From Chrysomallon squamiferum (Eukaryota; Animalia; Mollusca), in contig CM022679.1 of NCBI GenBank assembly GCA_012295275.1, forward strand, positions 2,914,001-2,978,000: a stretch of DNA of 64,000 nucleotides, in the 5' to 3' direction. The stretch's first letter is position 1; the number at the start of each line of letters is the position of its first letter. Under the pieces are notes generated by a model, which saw only the letters and a program-made list of their open reading frames with translations, was not told the DNA's origin and made no database searches. The position numbers and the translations under genes are program-made. Below, piece by piece: positions 1 to 11,248 of the stretch.

Positions 1-1706
1 TGATTGTTTTTTTGTACTTGAAAAGAAGTCAAGAAAACCAAGGTGGGAAGTATTTTCCTTATTTATTTGAGTAGCATTATTTTTAATTTAGCAAATTTTT
101 ATTACTGATATGTTATATTTATTTAATATGTTATTTCATTAAAATGATCATATAACTTTAAAAGCAAATTGTTATTTGAAAAAAATTATTTCGTTATTAT
201 TATTAAGATAGTGAAATCATATACTCTGTTATTTTATAAGCAATCAGTAAAGCTATGAATATGTAATCTTAATTTTGACATATATTCAAAATCATCCGCA
301 AAACATTTCTATAATGTGCCACCAAAGCGAACTGCGTGCTAAACCGCAAAACATGTAAATACCGCGATATCGTGAGCAAGGAATACACTAGGAATATCAT
401 TTTCAGTAAGTTTAACAAATGCAAATGGTAACCTGACAATCATGGTTCACTTTCGGAGATGAACTATTTGTTTTCTAAATCTTTAAAAGTGACCACGAGA
501 AAGCTCGTTACTAAAATGAGAGCACAGGAAATAACCAAGGCAGCAATGAAATAATATGATCCTGTAACCAATCAGACAAGAGCTTATTACTTGTGTACAA
601 GATACGACTTTACTTCAGGAGATAATTAATTAAATGAATAAATATTAATGTTCTATTATATACATATCTATGTTTATTCTGTTTTTAAGAAACTCCATTG
701 AGCGTGTATTGGCTATTATTTCTGGCTGTTCTTGCTGCGATCATCTTTATTCTGCAAGGTGTGAAGTATTTTCCTTATTTATTTGAGTAGCATTATTTTT
801 AATTTAGCAAATTTTTTTTACTGATATGTTATATTTATTTAATATGTTATTTCATTAAAATGATCATATAACTTCAAAAGCAAATTGTTATTTGAAACAA
901 ATTATTTCATTATTATTATTAAGATGGCTATATTGTTGTTGTTTTTTGACAAGAAAACTGTTTTTATATAAAGATATACTTTAATTACTGATCATACATT
1001 ACATAAAGTTTTATTTTTTAAACAGATTAGATGATTTTACCATCCTATTCACTGGCTCATGAAAGTTTCAAAAAAATGTTCCTAAGAAAAAGTGCATCAG
1101 CCTTGTATGAGGAGATATTGTTTGAATTATTAAACGATTTTCACACCTTTTAAAATATCACACTGATTTCTGTCACCTTTTTAAGACTAGTTTGTGACCA
1201 GAAATGGATTTAGATTTCATAGATTCTTTACTGATGATACCTAATTCATGATTTCTCTCTAAATAAATCTATGTTTCATTTAAATTTGTTAAGCCTGTTT
1301 CTTTTCAGGATCTGTTAAATATGCCTTTTTTTAATGGTTTTGTGTGAAACTTTTCATAATGTTAATTAACTAATATTGCGTGTGTGTTTCTCTATGTGTG
1401 TGCATGAGCATGCATGTGTGTGTGTGTGTGTGTGTGTGTGTGCTTGCAATGAAATTGGTTTAACCTCATGCATTTGGGATAATTTCACCATAATCTTTTC
1501 TTCTTTTTTTTCAGGAACCCTCCATCTATTATTATTATTGTGTAAAATTTTAAAAATGACTATTAGGTGTATACTGGTTTTGCTGAAGTTATGTAACAGT
1601 TGAGTGTTTTTTTTTTGTTTTTTGTTTAGGTGCCAAGATAAGAAGACCAGTGCAGTGTTCAGAAGCAAATCCTACCTGTGATAAACTGGTAGTATCTGGT
1701 CACTAA
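1..1706 (+). pseudogene. 3' part of a duplicate copy of the TNFR-like gene
   Basis: End of TM exon 1 (1-42), TM exon 2 (690-758), terminal exon (1630-1706) and AATAAA at 2168. All are near-identical to their counterparts in 6969-9155. Confidence 0.65.
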
Positions 1707-1774
1707 TTTGTGGAAGATGCTTCTATTTTCATGTTATAGTAAACAACTTTTCAGTTAATTCTTGACATACATAC

Positions 1775-1915
1775 ACTACGGTTTACCTTCACTTTTCTGG
1801 ATGGCTGAAAAACAATCGTAAAAGAGAGACTGTTCACTGGAAGTGTTCCAAACTCAGTTGTCCATCTACTATTAACACCTCGAGAGATTTAATTACAAAA
1901 TCTTCACAACCACAA
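1775..1915 (+). pseudogene. Decayed FLYWCH zinc-finger-like fragment (possible MULE transposon remnant); second copy at about 8758-8896
   Basis: Translates to GWLKNNRKRETVHWKCSKLSCPSTINTSRDLITK, then after a +1 frameshift NLHNH (HKH in copy 2). This fits the W-x-C-x4-C...H-x-H FLYWCH pattern. Confidence 0.45.
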
Positions 1916-2218
1916 AGCTGGCCAAGTTGACAATGCCTCATCTGAACATTTACGGAGATGCCATTTCTCATCTAGTAGGACTTCGAACAGCAACTACAGT
2001 GGACCTTGATCAGTGAACATTATGAATGACTGTAAACTAATTTATACTATGTATTATTGTCTTGTGAAAGATATGTATAATATTGAACAATATATAATTT
2101 CTATTTGAATTTGAATTCATGTATATATGACAGTGATTGTTATGATTGACATATTATTTTCACATACAATAAAATGAATGATGAAGTGATTGAAGTTATT
2201 TATTGAATTAGACTACAC

Positions 2219-2780
2219 CAAATTTCAAGTACAATACACCTAATTTATAATGATTGTTAAATATCAAATGTATTTAATTCATAATTATGATATGTAAATT
2301 TCAAACATAATACATCCTACTTATAATGATGACCATTAAATTTCAAATATTATATTATATTTAATCTATAATTTCAAGCATATATCATTAAATTTCAAAT
2401 GTATTTAATATATAATTATATGTAAATTTCAAGTTCAATACATCCAACTTATAATGATGACTGTAAAAATTTCAAATATATTATATGTAAATTTAAGCAT
2501 AATACAAATGATGAACATTAAATTTAAAATATATTTAATTTTTAACTATGATAAGAAAATTTCAAGCATAATACATACATATTTATTTTGGCTGTAAAAA
2601 TTTCAAATATATTAAATATTTATGATATGTATATTTCAAGCATAATACATCCAACTTTTAATGATTATTGTTAAATTTCAAATAATATATTATATTTAAT
2701 TTATAATTATGATATTTCAAGTATAATACATCCAACTTACAATGATGAACATTAAATTTCAAATATTATATTATATTACA
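2219..2780. repeat. Degenerate AT-rich minisatellite (alternating ~40 bp subunits); second copy at about 9200-9780
   Basis: Recurrent 'aaatttcaagcataatacatccaacttataatgatga' and 'aaatttcaaatatatttaatttataattatgatatgt' units. Confidence 0.8.
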
Positions 2781-3009
2781 ATATACTTTAAATGCACAAT
2801 GTAAAGGTATTGGTAAAATAATGACACTCAAAACAAAACAAAAAAACAATAATAATAATAATAATGAAATATAAATAAATAAAGAAAGAACAGAAACAAC
2901 ATTATTAAATAAATATAAACACCTGTATTCTCACATTTATATACATAATTATAAATAAAAGAAAATAATAAATAATTTTTGTTAAAAATAACTATATTTA
3001 ATATTTTAG

Positions 3010-3124
3010 CAGTTCTGTTCGATATGGCCTAAGGGAGAGAATCACATCGCACCTGCATGGTTATAATTCTTTTGGGTAAGAAGTTAAAAAGGAATGTCAA
3101 CAGTCAATATGGAGGCGAAAACAG
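3010..3124 (+). other. Orphan duplicate of the UBFD1 promoter and coding exon 1
   Basis: Matches 10004-10118. ATG at 3094 reads MSTVNMEAKT-G|gtatcg. The intron 1 copy is truncated at about 4534, before its acceptor. Confidence 0.85.
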
Positions 3125-3426
3125 GTATCGCACATTTTTGTTGTCTAACTGCGCATGATGACGTATCATTGTATTTTTTTTGTTAACAACATCTTATTTT
3201 AAAGTTCACTTCTAAAAGTTGTAGAAATTGTTTATTTTTATTTATAGATTCTACAACAATCTAATTTTAGATAACATAATTTGTATTAAATCATGTTAAC
3301 AAAAGCCCGATCGATTTTATTGGTCCTCCTGTTGAGATTGATATTTTTGTTTGACTACAGACAACATCTTTCAACTGCGGTAGTCCACATTTATAATTAT
3401 TAATAATTTTTATTCTTTAAACTTTC

Positions 3427-3458
<32 letters not shown>

Positions 3459-4176
3459 TTACAGACAGAGAAATAATAATAATTCGTGTTCAAACTTGAC
3501 AATGAATGAATGGTGATAAATTTAGAATATAAAACAAAACCTTGTATATTCCATCATTAATAGTTATTTCTGTCTTTTAAGTTATGATTTAAGCAATTTT
3601 TAAATACTATCTGTTTAGTTGGAGCAAGAAATAATTTTAAAAATATATAAAAATATAAAAATAAATAATAAAACAACCTTTACAGATACAATGGCTGGCA
3701 GTTTCATCTCAGATATCTGGTGTTTGATATATCAGTCAGAGATATATGTTACAGATAACAGCAGATTTTCCACTTATTTTAATTTGTTTAATCATTATAA
3801 TTGTTTTTAGGAATGTACTTCACATTAGTAAATTATCTAGTGTTTCAGCAATATGTTTTAAGTAATATTAACAAAAAATAATTTCCATATACTTTATCAA
3901 TAAAAAGGAAAAGGAAAAGTAAAGAAAAATAAAAAGAATGCATTAATTGAAATATTGATTAACAGAAATGAAGTAAATATGTCACATTGATGACCATTTA
4001 TTTGTTAATATAAAATAACAAAATAAGAGATGCAGAAAAGTATTCTTTATGTTGTGTATTAAAATAAAAGCAGTATGTGATTTTACAAATATATTAACTT
4101 ACTTTAATAAAAACTGAATAGAAGAATGGCATATGTAAGGCAAAGCCACTTTTGATTATATTTTTTATTACATTTC

Positions 4177-4225
<49 letters not shown>

Positions 4226-4534
4226 TCCAAAGTTATGGAAATATCCTTTGTAAGAAATGAAGAATATTTCTGAGTTCTTTTTATGAGATCTGGTAAATCA
4301 CTGGTTCAGTCATCTGTTACTCAGCTGGAATGTTTTCCTAATGCAGGCATGATATATAATTTTCTCAGGATAGACAGTCACATATAAAATCTCTTTTTAC
4401 TGATAAAGTGTAAATTTGAAAAAAACCAGCAGCTGGTTTTTCTTCATCAGATATTTAAAATTAATCCCAGAAATATTTTATAATAATCGCTGATATTAAA
4501 AAGTATTGAGTTATCTTTTTTTTAAATAATGTTG

Positions 4535-5022
4535 ACCAGATATGGATTTACTTTTTATAGATTCTTTACCGATCAGGGGTGGGCAAACTTATTGGTTCAA
4601 GGGCCACATTGCATTTTTGAAACTAACAAGTGGGCCACACCATTATGAGGTGGAAAAGGTATGACCATAAAGCATAAAAAATACACATGAAATCTATTTC
4701 TTTTTTCTGTTTTTAATCAACAAATGTATTGTTGAAAGGCTGAGTCTAGTTGCAATGCACCACCTGGTGGCACCAGTGAAATAAAGACTACAAATTTAAA
4801 AATGTTATAGGTTTATTGTTCGTGATGGGCTGGATAAAATGATGTTGCAACACAAGGCAATAATGTCGTAGTTTGCCCACCTCTGCTCTAGATGATAAAT
4901 ATTTATCTGTATTTCATTTAAATTTGTTAAGCCTGTTTGATTTCAGGATCTGTTAAATATGCTATTTTTTACTGGTTTTGGGTGAAACTTTTCATAATGT
5001 TTGTTCTCATATACAAAATGTG

Positions 5023-5060
<38 letters not shown>

Positions 5061-5420
5061 CTTGCAATGAAATTGGTTTAACCTCATGCACTTTTTTCAG
5101 GAACCCTCCATCTATTATTATTATTGTGTAAAATTTAAAAAATGACTATTAGGTATATACTGGTTTTGCTGAAGTTATGTAACAGTTGAGTGTTGTTGTT
5201 TTGTTGTTTTTTTAGGTTCCAAGATAAGAAGACCAGTGCAGTGTTCAGAAGCAAATCCTACCTGTGATAAACTGGTAGTCTCTGGTTACTAATTTGAGGA
5301 AGATTCTTTTTGTTTTCATGGTGTAGTAAACAACTTTTCAGTTAATTCTTGACATACATACACTTCGGTTTACCTTCACTTTTCTGGACACCTGAAAAAG
5401 AGTAGTAAAAGAGAGACTGT
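4535..5420 (+). pseudogene. Third, more diverged copy of the TNFR-like 3' end
   Basis: Homologous to about 1196-1838. Contains a (TG)n tract, a small exon at 5101-5152 and a terminal exon at 5216-5292 reading GSKIRRPVQCSEANPTCDKLVVSGY*. Confidence 0.65.
4574..4885. mobile_element. Non-autonomous hAT (Charlie-like) MITE
   Basis: 16-bp terminal inverted repeats, CAGGGGTGGGCAAACT and AGTTTGCCCACCTCTG (15/16 match). The right flank 'ctctagat' fits the Charlie-type NTCTAGAN target. The element is absent from the paralogous sites at about 1256 and 8232. Confidence 0.85.
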
Positions 5421-5494
5421 TCAGTTAGGATTGGCTTCAATTTGTGGGTAGAAGTTGAAAACGTTCGCTTCGTTCGGATCGCCATTTAAATCTG

Positions 5495-8390
5495 ATGGAG
5501 CTGATTTATTATTCATTGGCTGTAATTTTACTTTCTGTTTACGTTCTAACAAACCCTATTTGTAAACCGAACACTTATTACGATTCTTCGACAGATAACT
5601 CAGATTAACTGTGATTCGTGTGGTTTTATTTGCACATATGCAGACATTCAAGCCACCGTAGACAAGTGCAACAAACTCTGTCCAGGTAAATGTATAGGTT
5701 ACATAAATATATACCGAGGAATATTTTGTTCTAAGAATTTTTTCAACTGATTACTTATTTTGAGTAGTGATTTTTACTTTACATTTAGATCGTAATTTAG
5801 CCTGCACGAGCGCATCCATCTTGGAATGAATGACCTTCACTTCGAAGACCTTTCCACTGTTAATCAACAATCACTTTGAACAAATGTCTTCAGCGTAACT
5901 TAAAACAGTTCTAGCTCATATTCGGGATCGGAGGCTTTTCCCCCTCAAATGTTTCGTAGTCTTCATTCGATGCTATAGCCTATATGCCACCCATTTGAAA
6001 CGATAAAATAAAATATTGTGCGTGCCAGATATTTGAAACTACAATTATTTATTGTTTGTAAACAATTGTTTGAAACGCGGAACCTTGATTATTGACAACA
6101 GAGTGATTTCTTTTTCTAAAATTCTGTAAAGTAATAAAATCAAATTAATTCCTGTAGTATAATTAAAATGTATTTATTTTCTAATTTTGTGGTGTTATTG
6201 CTTTCATCTAATAAAAATAACTTTTTTATATCAATAGAAATGTTTTGCGGATGAATGATTTTGAATATATGTCAAAATCAAGATTACATATTCATAGCTT
6301 TACTGATCGCTTATAAAATAATAGGTATTTACAATTCACTTTGGTGGACTGTTTCAGTATTTATCAGTAGAAAAGTTTTCCCTGATCGCTGCTTCTGACA
6401 ACTTCTGATTGGTCACTGTAGTTTATAGCTGTAAAGCCTGCGACGTGTGCACAGCAGTGACCAATCAGAAGCTGTCACTTGCAGCGATCAGCAAAACATT
6501 TCATCGTAAAAACTTTTCAATTGATAAACAGTAAACTTGGCACCAATGCGAATTGTAAGTACCGCAAACATGTAAATGTCGCGATATCGTGAGCAAGGAA
6601 TATATATATTTTTTTTTGTTTCTACTAGGAATATCATTTTCAGTAAGTTTAACAAATGCGAATGGTAAGCTGACAGTCATGGTTCACATTCGGAGCTGAA
6701 CTATTTGTTTTCTAAAACAAAACAAAAAAGTGATCACGAGAATTTCCTTTCTAAAATTAGAACAAAGTTAAACACTTAGTATGTTACCGTAATCAATCGG
6801 GCGACAGCTCACTTTTGTGTATAAAATGTTACTTATTCATTTCATGTGATAATTAATTAAATTAATAAAATATTAATGTTCTGTTATATATATGTTTATT
6901 TTGTTTATAGGAAACTCAATTGAGCATGTTTCGGCAGTTGTTTCTAATTGTTCTTGCTGCAATTTTTTTGATTGTTTTTTTGTACTTGAAAAGAAGTCAA
7001 GAAAACCAAGGTGGGAAGTATTTTCCTTATATATTTGAGTAGCATTATTTTTAATTTAGCAAATTTTTATTACTGATATGTTATATTTATTTAATATGTT
7101 ATTTCATTAAAATGATCATATAACTTTAAAAGCAAAGTGTTATTTGAAAAAAATTATTTCGTTATTATTATTAAGATAGTGAAATCATATACTCTGTTAT
7201 TTTATAAGCAATCAGTAAAGCTATGAATATTTAATCTCAATTTTGACATATATTCAAAATCATCCGCAAAACATTTCTATAATGTGCCACCAAAGCGAAC
7301 TGCGTGCTAAACCGCAAAACATGTAAATACCGCGATATCGTGAGCAAGGAATACACTAGGAATATCATTTTCAGTAAGTTTAACAAATGCAAATGGTAAC
7401 CTGACAATCATGGTTCACTTTCGGAGATGAACTATTTGTTTTCTAAATCTTTAAAAGTGACCACGAGAAAGCTCGTTACTAAAATGAGAGCACAGGAAAT
7501 AACCAAGGCAGCAATGAAATAATATGATCCTGTAACCAATCAGACAAGAGCTTATTACTTGTGTACAAGATACGACTTTACTTCAGGAGATAATTAATTA
7601 AATGAATAAATATTAATGTTCTATTATATACATATCTATGTTTATTCTGTTTTTAAGAAACTCCATTGAGCGTGTATTGGCTATTATTTCTGGCTGTTCT
7701 TGCTGCGATCATCTTTATTCTGCAAGGTGTGAAGTATTTTCTTTATTTATTTGAGTAGCATTATTTTTAATTTAGCAAATTTTTATTACTGATATGTTAT
7801 ATTTATTTAATATGTTATTTCATTAAAATGATCATATAACTTCAAAAAAATTGTTATTTTGAAAAAATTATTTCATTATTATTATTATTATTATTAAGAT
7901 GGCTATATTGTTGTTGTTTTTTTGACAAGAAAACTGTTTTTATATAAAGATATACTTTAATTAGTGATCATACATTACATAAAGTTTTATTTTTTAAACA
8001 GATTAGATGATTTTACCATCCTATTCACTGGCTCATGAAAGTTTTAAAAAAATGTTCCTAAGAAAAAGTGCATCATCCTTGTATGAGGAGATATTGTTTG
8101 AATTATTAAACGATTTTCACACCTTTTAAAATATCACACTGATTTCTGTCACCTTTTTAAGACTAGTTTGTGACCAGAAATGGATTTAGATTTCATAGAT
8201 TCTTTACTGATGATACCTAATTCATGATTTCTCTCTAAATAAATCTATGTTTCATTTAAATTTGTTAAGCCTGTTTCTTTTCAGGATCTGTTAAATATGC
8301 CTTTTTTTAATGGTTTTGTGTGAAACTTTTCATAATGTTAATTAACTAATATTGCGTGTGTGTTTCTCTATGTGTGTGCATGAGCATGCA

Positions 8391-8428
<38 letters not shown>

Positions 8429-8689
8429 TGCAATGAAATTGGTTTAACCTCATGCATTTGGGATAATTTCACCATAATCTTTTCTTCTTTTTTTTCAGGA
8501 ACCCTCCATCTATTATTATTATTGTGTAAAATTTTAAAAATGACTATTAGGTGTATACTGGTTTTGCTGAAGTTATGTAACAGTTGAGTGTTTTTTTTTT
8601 TTTTTTGTTTAGGTGCCAAGATAAGAAGACCAGTGCAGTGTTCAGAAGCAAATCCTACCTGTGATAAACTGGTAGTATCTGGTCACTAA
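5495..8689 (+). pseudogene. Single-CRD TNF-receptor-like gene (BCMA/TACI/Grindelwald type), frameshifted in exon 1
   Basis: Exon 5495-5685 reads MELIYYSLAVILLSVYVLTNPICKPNTYYDSSTDN[10-nt insertion]CDSCGFICTYADIQATVDKCNKLCP and ends G|gtaaat. TM exon 7658-7726 (phase 1-1) reads ETPLSVYWLLFLAVLAAIIFILQ, with a second TM exon at 6911-7010. Terminal exon 8613-8689 reads GAKIRRPVQCSEANPTCDKLVVSGH*, followed by AATAAA at 9150. Cys spacing is C-x12-C-x2-C-x3-C-x11-C-x3-C with YYDS. Confidence 0.7.
6324..6563. mobile_element. Fold-back (palindromic) MITE
   Basis: Nested inverted repeats: ggtatttacaattcactttggtg / caccaatgcgaattgtaagtacc, ttatcagtagaaaagtttt / aaaacttttcaattgataa, and ctgatcgctgc..tgacaacttctgattggtcactg / cagtgaccaatcagaagctgtca..gcagcgatcag. 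Confidence 0.8.
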
Positions 8690-11187
8690 TTTGTGGAAGA
8701 TGCTTCTATTTTCATGTTGTGGTAAACAACTTTTCAGTTAATTCTTGACATACATACACTACGGTTTACCTTCACTTTTCTGGATGGCTGAAAAACAATC
8801 GTAAAAGAGAGACTGTTCACTGGAAGTGTTCCAAACTCAGTTGTCCATCTACTATTAACACCTCAAGAGATTTAATTACAAAATCTTCACAAACACGATG
8901 CTGGCCGAGATGACAATGCCTCATCAGAACTTTTACGGAGATAGCCATTTCTCATCTAGTAGGACTTCGAACAGCAACTACAGTGGACCTTGATCAGTGA
9001 ACATTATGAATGACTGTAAACTAATTTATACTATGTATTATTGTCTTGTGAAAGATATGTATAATATTGAACAATATATAATTTCTATTTGAATTTGAAT
9101 TTATATATATATTGTAGTGACTTATGACTGACATATTATTTTCACATGCAATAAAATGAATGATGAAGTGATTGAAGTTATTTATTGAATTAGACTACAC
9201 CAAATTTCAAGTACAATACACCTAATTTATAATGATGATCGTTAAATATCAAATGTATTTAATTCATAAATATGATATGTAAATTTCAAACATAATATAT
9301 CCTACTTATAATGATGACCATTAAATTTCAAATATTATATTATATTTAATCTATAATTATACATTAATTTCAAGCATATATCATTAAATTTCAAATATAT
9401 TTAATATATAATTATATGTAAATTTCAAGTTCAATACATCCAACTTATAATGATGACTGTAAAAATTTCAAATATATTATATGTAAATTTAAGCATAATA
9501 CAAATGATGAACATTAAGTGTAAAATATATTTAATTTTTAACTATGATAAGAAAATTTCAAGCATAATACATACATATTTATTTTGGCTGTAAAAATTTC
9601 AAATATATTAAATAAATATTTATGATATGTATATTTCAAGCATAATACATCCAACTTATAATGATTATTGTTAAATTTCAAATAATATATTATATTTAAT
9701 TTATAATTATGATATTTCAAGTATAATACATCCAGCTTACAATGATGAACATTAAATTTCAAATATTATATTATATTACAATATACTTTAAATGCACAAT
9801 GTAAAGGTATTGGTAAAATAATGACACTCAAAACAAAACAAAAAAACAATAATAATAATGAAATATAAATAAATAAAGAAAGAACAGAAACAACATTATT
9901 AAATAAATATAAACACCTGTATTCTCACATTTATATACATAATTATAAATAAAAGAAAATAATAAATAATTTTTGTTAAAAATAACTATATTTAATATTT
10001 TAGCAGTTCTGTTCGATATGGCCTAAGGGAGAGAATCACATCGCACCTGCATGGTTATAATTCTTTTGGGTAAGAAGTTAAAAAGGAATGTCAACAGTCA
10101 ATATGGAGGCGAAAACAGGTATCGCACATTTTTGTTGTCTAACTGCGCATGATGACGTATCATTGTATTTTTTTTGTTAACAACATCTTATTTTAAAGTT
10201 CACTTCTAAAAGTTGTAGAAATTGTTTATTTTTATTTATAGATTCTACAACAATCTAATTTTAGATAACATAATTTGTATTAAATCGTGTTAACAAAAGC
10301 CCGATCGATTTTATTGGTCCTCCTGTTGAGATTGATATTTTTGTTTGACTACAGACAACATCTTTCAACTGCTGTAGTCCACATTTATAATTATTAATGA
10401 TTTTTATTCTATAAAATTTCATTATTATTTATTTATTTATTTATTACAAATTAAGTTATATACAGAGAAATAATAATAATTCGTGTTCAAACTTGACAAT
10501 GAATGAATGGTGATAAATTTAGAATTTAAAACAAAACTTTGTTTATTCCATCATTAATACTTATTTCTGTCTTTTATGTTATGATATAAGCAATTTTTAA
10601 ATACTATCTGTTTAGTTAGAGCAAGAAATAATTTTAAAAATATATAGAATTATAAAAATAAATAATAAAACACCCTTTACAAATACAATGGCTGGCAGTT
10701 TCATCTCAGATATCTGGTGTTTGATATATCAGTCAGAGATATATGTTACAGATAACAGCAGATTTTCCACTTTCTTCAATTTGTAAAAATCAGTATAATT
10801 GTCTTCAGGAATGTACTTCACATTAGTAAATTATCTAGTGTTTCAGAAATATTTTTAAAGTAATATTAACAAAAATATAATTTCCATATACTTTATCAAT
10901 AAGAAGTAAAAAAGAAAAAGAAAATCAAAGAAAAAGAAAAAGAATGCATTGATTGAAATATTGATTAAACTGTAATGAAATAAATATGTCACATTGATAA
11001 CCGTTTATTTGTTAATATGAAATAACAAAATAAGAGATGCAGAAAAATATTCTCTATGTTGTGTATTACAATAAAGCCAGTATGTGATTTTACAAATATA
11101 TTAACATTTCTTTAATAAAAAATCACTGAATAGAAGAATGGCATATGTAAGGCAAAACCACTTTTGATTATATTTTTATTACATTTC

Positions 11188-11248
<61 letters not shown>

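Larger units (their letters stand above)
1..4534. repeat. Segmental tandem duplication, copy 1 (continues left of the window)
   Basis: Base 1 'tgattgtttttttgtacttgaaaagaagtc' recurs at 6969. The two copies are collinear with scattered SNPs and indels until 'aaataatgttga' (about 4534 vs 11595), where they diverge. Confidence 0.95.

Noticed and set aside
1366-1668. ORFs with CVCVCV or HTHTHT repeats (also 4937-5131 and 8368-8619)
   Set aside because: They arise from (TG)n microsatellites and have no protein-like content beyond short overlaps with the small receptor exons.
10119-10128. UBFD1 intron 1 donor GTATCG as a U12 site
   Set aside because: It lacks the CCTT of GTATCCTT, and there is no TCCTTAAC branch point before acceptor 11604.
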